A DNA stretch of 64,000 nt from an uncultured Caldithrix sp. (GTDB taxonomy: Bacteria; Calditrichota; Calditrichia; RBG-13-44-9), in the NCBI GenBank assembly GCA_964461135.1, contig CAYWTB010000017.1, positions 5,459 to 69,458 on the forward strand. Reading direction: 5' to 3'. A program made the position numbers and the translations under genes. Within the stretch, counting starts at the first letter, position 1. Every line of letters begins with the position of its first letter. Shown one piece after another: positions 31,129-39,432 of the stretch. The notes beneath the pieces are model-generated. The model made no database searches. It saw only the letters and a list, made by a program, of their open reading frames with translations, and was not told where the DNA came from.

Positions 31129-33663
31129 ATGAATTTTTTTATTATTTTTCTTTCAGCATTCATTTTATCTCTGGTCGCCGTATATGCAATAAAACGGATC
31201 GCCCTGAGGTTAAAAATTGGTTCTTTACCTTCGCCTCGCAAACTTCACCGGGGATTCAAACCTCTGCTGGGAGGGGTTGGTTTCGCTATTGCCATATTAT
31301 TGTCAATTTTGATTGGACAATTGATTGGCCTCCTTCCCCGGGAAGTCTGGATTCAGTATAAATATTTCTGGACGGGTTTTTTTATTGTGTTGCTTACCGG
31401 GATTGTGGATGATGTCGGTGGTATTTCCTCCAGAATAAAGTTTTTAGGGGAAGCCACCGGGGCCATCCTGTTAATATTAGGTGGCTGCAAGATTCAATCC
31501 TTCAGCGGTTCCATCGGTGAGGTTTTAAATCTGGGAATATTTTCCATACCATTCACCTTCCTCTGGATTATTTTTATTATTAACGCTATCAACTTATTGG
31601 ATGGTCTGGACGGCCTGGCTGCAGGTGTTGGTTTCCTTATTACCACCGGTATGATTATCATCGGAATAATGATAAATGGCATTTTTTTGGTGGTCCTGGG
31701 ATTGGGGCTTGCAGGAGCTTTACTGGGTTTCCTGAAATATAATTATCATCCTGCCTCTATTTTCATGGGAGAGGCGGGAAGTCTGCAGCTGGGTTACCTG
31801 CTGGCTTTCTTTTCCATTGAGAATCTCAAGGTAGCCGGAAGTCACCAAATCTATTTTATGGTGGCACTGGTTCTTTTCTGTGTACCCATGACGGACACAC
31901 TGGTGTCTTTTCTCAGAAGACTGGGACAGGGCCATAGTCCCTTTCTCGCAGATAAGGAGCATATACATCACCGCCTGCTGAAATTAGGTCTCTCCCATCT
32001 TCAGACCGTCTGGTTAATGTATTTTCTGACCTTTTTTTATGTTACTGCCGGTGTTTTAATTTTTTATTTTAAGGGATTCCTGGGATTAATTTTGTTCGGA
32101 ATTGCCTTCTTTCTGGCAGTTTTCTGGATTTACAGATTGGGTTATGTGGAGACCAGGTTTTCCTGGCAGAAATTTGCACATCAGTTCCAGCAAATGGTAA
32201 TCGTTAAAGCCCGAGCTCCACTTCACTTTAACCGAATCTGGCATCGTCTCATCCTGATTATCAGTGACGTTCTCACCGTAAACTTTGCCTTATACTCCAT
32301 GCACTGGTTTAAATTTGAATCAGGTGTTTTTGCCCAGTCCACCTATCGCCCCATTTCTGACTATTTCTTCAGCCCTGTTTTTCTTTTCCTTTTGCTGGCC
32401 TGGATATTTCTGTTTTTTGTTAATAATCTGTATCAACTGGACTGGGATATCTCCCGTTTCGAAAAAACCTGGCGGGTATCTAAGGTAATTACCTTCGGAA
32501 TCATACTTCTGGGTTTATTAACTATTGATTTCCGACGGCTCATCAGTGAATCCCAACTTATATCGCTTCTGGGTTACTGGATAATGATGATAATTTTTGT
32601 AAATACCGGTCGTTTGATAATAATTGGGATTGAAAAGAGGCTTCGTATTTTCGAATATTCTCCCCGCAAAACTCTGATCATTGGTCTAACGGATCTAGCA
32701 AAAAAAGTTTACAGGGATATTCAATATAATCCTCATCTAATCTTTGATGTAATTGGATTCGTAGCTAAAAAATCGAAGGAAAATACATACCTGGGATTGC
32801 CGGTCCTGGGCAGTTATAGGGATTTGCCGGAAATAATTCACCGCTATAAAATTCAGGAGGTAATTATTGCCTTGCCGGAGAGTTCCAGTCAGGATTTTAT
32901 CAATATCCTGGGTTTGTGTGAGCCGCAAGGAGTAAAAATTAAAACCTTGCCGGGGCGGCAGGAATTTTTATCTTCACAACGGCTAAATCTGGTTAGCCAC
33001 AGTTTTATCCAACTTTTCACGGAAAGTATGGTGCTGTGGCAATGGGTTATTAAAAGACTGGTTGACCTGCTGCTTTCCCTGATTTTTGTGATTCTGCTTT
33101 CTCCGTTCCTCCTGGCGGTGAGTATAATTCTGGTTTATTATTTCAGGAAATCTGTACTGGTAAAGGTACCGGTGATGGGAGAGAATGGTATTCCCTTTAA
33201 CATGTATGTTTTTCGTCTTACCGGGAAAAATTATGATTATCAGGATAATGCTATTTATCTGGGCACTGATCCCCCGGCTGCGGACGCTGCAGGATTTATC
33301 TTGTTTTTATTCAGGTACAGATTTTATAAATTACCTCAACTGCTGAATGTTTTTCTCGGTGATATGAGTATTGTAGGACCGCGGCCCGAACCGATCGAAT
33401 GGTATCAGGAATTCAGCCCTCTGGTTAAATTTCTACACCGCAGGATTATGGTCAGACCCGGTCTCACCGGTCTGGCCCAGGTAAAGTATCATTATGAACT
33501 TTCCCAGAAAAAATTACAGGAATGGGCGAGATTTGACATGTATTACACTGAAAATTTATCTCTGCGGATGGACATGGGGATACTTATACGAACTATTCTG
33601 ATGATTTTTGTCAAACCTTATCAGAATTCAAAAAAAGAAAAGGTGCGGATCCCGGGGCTTTAA
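31129..33663 (+). CDS. Fusion protein: N-terminal WecA/MraY-family polyprenyl-phosphate N-acetylhexosamine-1-P transferase + C-terminal WbaP-type PGT scaffold with degenerate active site
   Basis: Residues 1 to about 345 carry the PNPT motifs IVDDVGG, NAINLLDGLDGLAAG, PASIFMGEAGSLQLGYLLA and KEHIHHRLL. Residues about 350-600 hold TM helices and a CoA-binding-like Rossmann segment (LIIGLTDLAKKVY…VIIALPE). Residues about 610-844 form a Bac_transf domain (GDMSIVGPRPEP, RPGLTGLAQV). In that domain the residues preceding LPQL are YK instead of the catalytic DE. Confidence 0.75.
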   Translation: MNFFIIFLSAFILSLVAVYAIKRIALRLKIGSLPSPRKLHRGFKPLLGGVGFAIAILLSILIGQLIGLLPREVWIQYKYFWTGFFIVLLTGIVDDVGGISSRIKFLGEATGAILLILGGCKIQSFSGSIGEVLNLGIFSIPFTFLWIIFIINAINLLDGLDGLAAGVGFLITTGMIIIGIMINGIFLVVLGLGLAGALLGFLKYNYHPASIFMGEAGSLQLGYLLAFFSIENLKVAGSHQIYFMVALVLFCVPMTDTLVSFLRRLGQGHSPFLADKEHIHHRLLKLGLSHLQTVWLMYFLTFFYVTAGVLIFYFKGFLGLILFGIAFFLAVFWIYRLGYVETRFSWQKFAHQFQQMVIVKARAPLHFNRIWHRLILIISDVLTVNFALYSMHWFKFESGVFAQSTYRPISDYFFSPVFLFLLLAWIFLFFVNNLYQLDWDISRFEKTWRVSKVITFGIILLGLLTIDFRRLISESQLISLLGYWIMMIIFVNTGRLIIIGIEKRLRIFEYSPRKTLIIGLTDLAKKVYRDIQYNPHLIFDVIGFVAKKSKENTYLGLPVLGSYRDLPEIIHRYKIQEVIIALPESSSQDFINILGLCEPQGVKIKTLPGRQEFLSSQRLNLVSHSFIQLFTESMVLWQWVIKRLVDLLLSLIFVILLSPFLLAVSIILVYYFRKSVLVKVPVMGENGIPFNMYVFRLTGKNYDYQDNAIYLGTDPPAADAAGFILFLFRYRFYKLPQLLNVFLGDMSIVGPRPEPIEWYQEFSPLVKFLHRRIMVRPGLTGLAQVKYHYELSQKKLQEWARFDMYYTENLSLRMDMGILIRTILMIFVKPYQNSKKEKVRIPGL

Positions 33664-33672
33664 TTCTTCTTA

Positions 33673-35808
33673 ATGGCCATTTTAAAGGGTCAAAAGTATA
33701 TGCCAAGAAAGAATCCATCTAAAAAAATTGAAATATCTGTTATCATTGTAAATTACAATGTGAAAGACTATCTGGCACATGCACTTTCCTCGATTGAACG
33801 GGCTTTGAAAAATATTTCCTATGAAATAATTGTTGTGGATAATAATTCAATTGATGGCTCAGTCTCATACCTGAAGACGCACTTTCCCGGCGTAAAATTG
33901 ATTGCAAATCAGGAGAACGTAGGATTTGGCCGGGCCAATAACCAGGCAATCAAGAAGATCAGCGGTAAATATGTTGTACTGATTAATCCGGATACTTTGG
34001 TACAGGAGGATACCTTTAACCGCCTGCTGGATTTTTTTAATAATACGCCGGACGCCGCTGCGGCAACATGCAAAATCATAAATCCTGATGGCAGTTTTTC
34101 CATCGACTGCAGGCATAGTATACCTTCACCCTCAATCGCTTTATGGAAGGTGACAGGACTAAGCACGTTGTTTCCCCGTAGCCGTATCTTCGGACAGTAT
34201 AATCTTACATTTCTGGACGAAAATGAAATCTACCAGGTTCCGGCAATCTCGGGCTCCTTCATGATGATAAAAAAAGAGGTTCTGGATCATGTAGGACTTT
34301 TCGATGAACGTTTTTTTATGTATTGTGAGGATATTGATCTCTGTCACCGGATTAACTGCAGCGGCTACAAAATTTATTACGTCCCAACTACCAGCATTAT
34401 TCACTATAAAGGGGAAAGTACCAAGAAGAACCGTCTGGATTATGTGCTCACATTCAATAAATCGCTTTACCTCTTTTTTCAGAAATATTATGCCCCAACC
34501 TCCGTATTTCTGTTCCGTTGGTTAGTTACTGCGGGAATATTCATGAGGGCAATTTTTATTTATATAAAGAATTTTTTTAACAACCAGTTTCCCCTTCTTC
34601 TGGATACATTACTTTTGAACATCATTATTTTCCTGTCCTTCGTGATCAGATTGGAAACGAGCCGCGGATTCCGCTGGAAAGAGTATACTGATCAATTTTG
34701 GGTAATTAATGTCATCGGTACGGGTCTTTTCCTGGGGCTGGCTTTCTATCTGGATATCTATCCCAACAGGCGTTTTTCTATTCAAAGTATTGTTAAAGCC
34801 AACATTTTGACTTTCCTGTTGCTGGCCGCCCTCACGTTTTTCTTTAAACAGTTTGCTTTTTCACGGATGGTGGTTTTACTGACTTTTATATTCAGTCCCA
34901 TGGTCATGATTGGCTGGCGTTTTGTTCTGCGAAAATACTACCGAGGAGACCGATCCGCACTTGGGAAAGACCTTTTTGCTAAGCCGACCCTGGTGGTCGG
35001 AAGCGGGGAAGGGGCGGAATTGTTGTTTAAAAAGTTAATAAGTTATAAAAGTATTGACTACGATTTAAAAGGGTGGGTGTCTGTTGATGATACGGTGAAT
35101 GATCAGGAACTTTCTCTAACTAAAAATCTTGGCACGGTTAAAAATCTCTCCCAGATTATAAAAATGTACAAAATTCGTCAGGTTATTTTTTCTGCCCATT
35201 CACTCAGTTACGAAGAAATCCTGAAAATTATGTCTGGAGTAAGGAATACGCTGGTTGAATTCAAGATGGTTCCATCCAATTTTGAAGTGGTTATCGGTAA
35301 ATCGCATATTGAAAAACTGGATGCTTATCCTCTATTGGATATTGAATATTCATTGGGACGAAAATTTAATCAATTTTTAAAAAGAGTAGTGGATATTTCT
35401 TTTTCTCTGCCATTAATCATTATTCTCTCCCCTTTGATATTCCCGGAACTGTTGTTATTTAAAAAGAATTATAAAAAACGGACATTCCAGGGTGCAGGAA
35501 GTAAAACTGTCCGGATATATTGCCCGGTATCTGAACAGGGATTCAGTCCGGTACGAAGCTGGTCTCTGTTTCTGCAGGTACTTGTGGGAAATCTTTCGCT
35601 GGTTGGAGCACCACTCAGGGAGAGTTACCAGGAAATGCTTAACGGCAAATACTTTTTTAAACCCGGCCTCACCGGTCTGGTACAAATTAACCGGGAAAAA
35701 ATCAATTCACCGGAGGATGAAGAAAAATACCATCTTTATTATATGAAGAATCAGTCTACTTTACTGGATTTTGAAATTATGCTGAAATCATTCCGGAAGG
35801 TAAAATAA
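33673..35808 (+). CDS. Fusion protein: N-terminal GT2 (GT-A) glycosyltransferase + C-terminal WbaP-like PGT scaffold with degenerate motifs
   Basis: Residues about 17-260 are GT2 (ISVIIVNYNVKDYL…IIVVDNNSIDGS…, DxD-like CEDIDLCHR). Then come TM helices and a CoA-binding-like segment (PTLVVGSGEGAELL). The C-terminus has degenerate Bac_transf motifs: GNLSLVGAPLRE instead of GDMSLVGPRPE, KPGLTGLVQI, and no DE dyad. Confidence 0.7.
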   Translation: MAILKGQKYMPRKNPSKKIEISVIIVNYNVKDYLAHALSSIERALKNISYEIIVVDNNSIDGSVSYLKTHFPGVKLIANQENVGFGRANNQAIKKISGKYVVLINPDTLVQEDTFNRLLDFFNNTPDAAAATCKIINPDGSFSIDCRHSIPSPSIALWKVTGLSTLFPRSRIFGQYNLTFLDENEIYQVPAISGSFMMIKKEVLDHVGLFDERFFMYCEDIDLCHRINCSGYKIYYVPTTSIIHYKGESTKKNRLDYVLTFNKSLYLFFQKYYAPTSVFLFRWLVTAGIFMRAIFIYIKNFFNNQFPLLLDTLLLNIIIFLSFVIRLETSRGFRWKEYTDQFWVINVIGTGLFLGLAFYLDIYPNRRFSIQSIVKANILTFLLLAALTFFFKQFAFSRMVVLLTFIFSPMVMIGWRFVLRKYYRGDRSALGKDLFAKPTLVVGSGEGAELLFKKLISYKSIDYDLKGWVSVDDTVNDQELSLTKNLGTVKNLSQIIKMYKIRQVIFSAHSLSYEEILKIMSGVRNTLVEFKMVPSNFEVVIGKSHIEKLDAYPLLDIEYSLGRKFNQFLKRVVDISFSLPLIIILSPLIFPELLLFKKNYKKRTFQGAGSKTVRIYCPVSEQGFSPVRSWSLFLQVLVGNLSLVGAPLRESYQEMLNGKYFFKPGLTGLVQINREKINSPEDEEKYHLYYMKNQSTLLDFEIMLKSFRKVK

Positions 35809-35834
35809 AATTACTATTTTCAAGGCCTCTCTTC

Positions 35835-36878
35835 TTAATTAATTTCCGCTATTTTTTTGTCCAGAACCGGTAGTATCATTTCCCAGGTGATATTTTGAAG
35901 ACAATTGCCATATGGGCATTTATCCATATTGCATGTGTTACAGGGATTTACCGGGGCCTTAATTACGGAATCCAACCGGTTATAAGGACCCCATCTTTCC
36001 GGTGAACAGGGCACAGCCGGACAATAGAAGGCCAAGAGAGGAATCTCAAAAGCACGGGCGATATGGAGAGGACCGGTACTGTTTGAGATAAAGAAACGTG
36101 ATCCGGCAATAACCGACATATATTGTTCTAAATTCCATTTTCCTACAACTTTAATGACTTTTTCATTGCTGTATCCAGGAGAAATACTATCAACCAGGTT
36201 TTTTTCTGAACTGTCTCCCGCCAGGATAATGTCCATATCAGTCTTTTCTATGAGATGAGCTAAAATCCGGGCGAACATTTCCGAAGGAAGATTTGGAGCG
36301 GAACCACCGCTGCCGGGATGAATGATGATGTATCTTGAACCAATGTGAAATTTCTGAAGTTCAGTTTGTTGAATATGCCACATGCATTCATCATTGGTAA
36401 ACTGAAAATTGATTTCGTCTGGTAGCGGGATATCCCGGACATAGTTTTTGAGAAGTGACAAATTGTACTCCAGTTCATGACGCAAGCCATATTTACGATG
36501 CTCATAAACTGGATGATTCAGCAGAAACGAGTACCAGCGGTATCCGCTTCCTACCCGGTGAGGAATATAGGCCAGAAAAATTGACAGAGCAAGATAGGAC
36601 ACGGGATGAAATAAAATGGCCAGATCAATATGCTTTCGTTTCAGTTCTTCAGCAAGCTTTAAATGACCCCTTAAACCATGATGTTTTCCATATGGATCAT
36701 ACGATATGATCTCATCAATGTACGGATGATGTTTCAGCAGGGGGGAGGTATACTCCCGGGTCAGAAAAAATATACCGGCATGAGGATAGTTTTTATGCAG
36801 AAGAGAAATGGCTGGTGTGGTTAAAATCACATCTCCAATCCGGTCTGTTCGAATAAGCAATATATTTTTATAATCCAT
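35835..36878 (-). CDS. Glycosyltransferase family 9 (ADP-heptose:LPS heptosyltransferase-like)
   Basis: MDYKNILLIRTDRIGDVILTTPAI… is the typical RfaF/WaaC/WaaQ N-terminus. 347 aa. Confidence 0.8.
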   Translation of the reverse strand: MDYKNILLIRTDRIGDVILTTPAISLLHKNYPHAGIFFLTREYTSPLLKHHPYIDEIISYDPYGKHHGLRGHLKLAEELKRKHIDLAILFHPVSYLALSIFLAYIPHRVGSGYRWYSFLLNHPVYEHRKYGLRHELEYNLSLLKNYVRDIPLPDEINFQFTNDECMWHIQQTELQKFHIGSRYIIIHPGSGGSAPNLPSEMFARILAHLIEKTDMDIILAGDSSEKNLVDSISPGYSNEKVIKVVGKWNLEQYMSVIAGSRFFISNSTGPLHIARAFEIPLLAFYCPAVPCSPERWGPYNRLDSVIKAPVNPCNTCNMDKCPYGNCLQNITWEMILPVLDKKIAEIN

Positions 36879-36889
36879 TCCCTATCTGC

Positions 36890-37651
36890 CTAAGTATCAG
36901 ATTTTTCACGAAGTTTAAAATACCGAACGGCAAAATTAAGCGCATCGAAAAGGGCTGCAAATAAACCCTGCCATCCATCTCTGAAGCCCATTTTGAAAAA
37001 ATATCGTCTAAGGAAACGGAGGGATGGTAAGAAAATTAAGTAACGACAGGTCCTTTGCCAGGAGGGTTTGATACCTCTATGATATAAAAAATCGGCCTCG
37101 AAACTTGTATAAAAGTCGAATTTTGCCAGGTATTGAGAGATTGACTGGTAGGGATAATGAAGTAGATCCGATTTTAAATGACCGATTTCACCATCAATTT
37201 CCAGTTTCTCGTGAACGTGTTTTTGGGGAAACATGCCGTGACCTTTTTTAAATAGACGCAGCTGAAGATCAGGATATTGACTGCCAAAACGCAACCATTT
37301 GCCAAAATAATGGTTCCGGCGTTTCAACAAAAACGCCTTGCAATTCTGGGGCTGCCGGATGGTTGTCATAATGTTTTTTGCAAGAGCTTCCGGTATTCGT
37401 TCATCAGGATCCAGGTAAAAAATCCACTCACCTTCGGCCTGCTCCAGGGCATAACTCTTATTGATATTTAAATTTGGATTATTAGGTTTGTTGAAAGTAC
37501 GGCAATCATTCTTATCGGCAATTTCCACCGATCTGTCAGAACTGCCGCAGTCAACATATATGACTTCATCCGCCCAATGCAAAGTCGGTAACAGCTCTGT
37601 GAGATGTTCTTCTTCATTGAAACCTATAATGGTTACCGAAAGATTCTTCAT
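36890..37651 (-). CDS. Glycosyltransferase family 2 (WaaE/KdtX-like LPS-core GT)
   Basis: VTIIGFNEEEHL…VIYVDCGSSDRS and a DPDE (DxD) motif. 253 aa. Confidence 0.8.
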   Translation of the reverse strand: MKNLSVTIIGFNEEEHLTELLPTLHWADEVIYVDCGSSDRSVEIADKNDCRTFNKPNNPNLNINKSYALEQAEGEWIFYLDPDERIPEALAKNIMTTIRQPQNCKAFLLKRRNHYFGKWLRFGSQYPDLQLRLFKKGHGMFPQKHVHEKLEIDGEIGHLKSDLLHYPYQSISQYLAKFDFYTSFEADFLYHRGIKPSWQRTCRYLIFLPSLRFLRRYFFKMGFRDGWQGLFAALFDALNFAVRYFKLREKSDT

Positions 37652-38811
37652 TTCTGTTTTCCCTCAATCGGTATTCTCCGGGAACACATCTTTAGCACAT
37701 CTTGATATTTATTTATGGTATCATCATAAAATCGTGAATAGCTGAAACGTTCCATTGCTGTCTTTCTTGCCTGTTTCCCCATTTTCATTCGCAGTTCATA
37801 ATTTTCTACGAAAATCTCCATTGCCTGGCTCAATCTTTCCGGAGATTGAGCAGGAACCACAAATCCATCTCTACCGGAAGTGACCATTTCCGGCAAAACA
37901 TTTATATCAGTCACAATTACCGGTTTACCCATGGACATGAATTCTGCGGTCACCCTGGAGATGGCCTCGGAATCCAGGGAACATACAACACCAATATCGA
38001 TAAGGTTCATCACTTCCCGGACATCCTGGTATTTTTCAAGAATTAAAACCTGATTCAGTATCCCCAATTGAGAGGCTTTTTCCTCCAATAAGTGACGAGT
38101 GATTTCCACCTCTTCCCCGCTGATAATAAACCGGACATTCCTTTTCTTTTCTATGATCCGGGCAGCTGCTTTAAGAAAAGATGAATGATCTTTTACCGGG
38201 GAAAATCGTCCCACCATTCCAAAGGCTACTGCATCAGCAGGTAAATTCATTTTATTTCTGGACATTTCTACATTGGCCGGTGGACTGAATAAATCCGTAT
38301 CGACGCCGGCATAAACAACGGTGGATTTTTGATCCAGAACAGGCCACACATTCTGATAGCGGATTTTATTAGCCCTGCAGGAGAAAATGAAAAAATCAGT
38401 ATGATTCAAGTGTAAATTTTTATTAAAGCGATTATTTTTAGGTGGCCGGACATCCCCCACTGTGCGAATCAGAGGTAAACCGGTGTACTTTTTTTTTATC
38501 AAAGCTGAATAAAAATGGTCCTCCGGACGGTGTGCATTAATAATATCGATTTTTTTAGCTGATATAAAATTCCGATAATTCCTTAAATTCTTCAGAAAAT
38601 ACCAGGGGTAAAAACTTTCAAAGTTCAGCTGAAGAACGGGCAAATTTTCCTTCTTAGCTTCTTGAATGGATGGAGTATTAGCACTTCCCCCTACATATAC
38701 AGGCATACCATTTTGCTGAAGAATCTTGGATAGGGCGATTGCGTAATAAGCGCTGGCATTCCACCAGCGAACCGAGATCAGTTGAAGCGTTGAAAGAGGA
38801 TTTTTCAGCAT
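37648..38811 (-). CDS. Glycosyltransferase family 4
   Basis: C-terminal GT-B motif EFMSMGKPVIVTDINVLPEMV…GFVV. 4-nt overlap with the downstream GT2. Confidence 0.8.
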   Translation of the reverse strand: MLKNPLSTLQLISVRWWNASAYYAIALSKILQQNGMPVYVGGSANTPSIQEAKKENLPVLQLNFESFYPWYFLKNLRNYRNFISAKKIDIINAHRPEDHFYSALIKKKYTGLPLIRTVGDVRPPKNNRFNKNLHLNHTDFFIFSCRANKIRYQNVWPVLDQKSTVVYAGVDTDLFSPPANVEMSRNKMNLPADAVAFGMVGRFSPVKDHSSFLKAAARIIEKKRNVRFIISGEEVEITRHLLEEKASQLGILNQVLILEKYQDVREVMNLIDIGVVCSLDSEAISRVTAEFMSMGKPVIVTDINVLPEMVTSGRDGFVVPAQSPERLSQAMEIFVENYELRMKMGKQARKTAMERFSYSRFYDDTINKYQDVLKMCSRRIPIEGKQK

Positions 38812-39432
38812 AATTCAAAATTTAGTCAGAACTCCCCCTAAAACCAAAGGTAATAAAATCCGGGCAGGGCTGTTGTGGGAAGAGCCGGGTCTCTTCAAAT
38901 TGAGTTGCATTTGAAGGTATCAATCGCTTAATTATCCATGTGGAAAAATTACTAATCAGTACCTGTTTTATAGATACGGAGTTAGAGTATAATATAGAAA
39001 TTCTTCGATCGGATTTCCATTTCTGGAGAAATGGTTAAAGGAAGACCGGCTGATGCTTTTCTGACGGCAGATTGCCAGTGGGCCTGGGGTACCCGGGTCT
39101 CCTGCCGAGATACAGAATGGATCCGGTGAGGACGTACTTTTTATAGGAATTTCTGGTTATCAATAATTGATGGTACATATAACTCAATAGAATATATTCA
39201 TAGTGTGCAGGAAGGAAAGTTGATTGAGAAATATAAGAAGATCAATCTTGCGATCCTCAAATCCCACAGCCAGCGATTGGAGTTTGAAAAATCTAAAACC
39301 GTTCCTCTCACGGAAAGGTTAAACAGGCAATTGGGTTTTTTGTCCGCTTTCTGCTCAGGGAGAGAATGAAAGCATTTACATATTCCCGACTGTCAGAAGT
39401 CCGCGATTAGTTAAATTATTTAGAAATTCCAT

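Noticed and set aside
30942-31241. Minus-strand 99-aa ORF overlapping the 5' end of the PNPT-fusion gene
   Set aside because: It overlaps the terminator hairpin and the start of a well-supported plus-strand gene. It has no recognisable motif and is a likely spurious frame.
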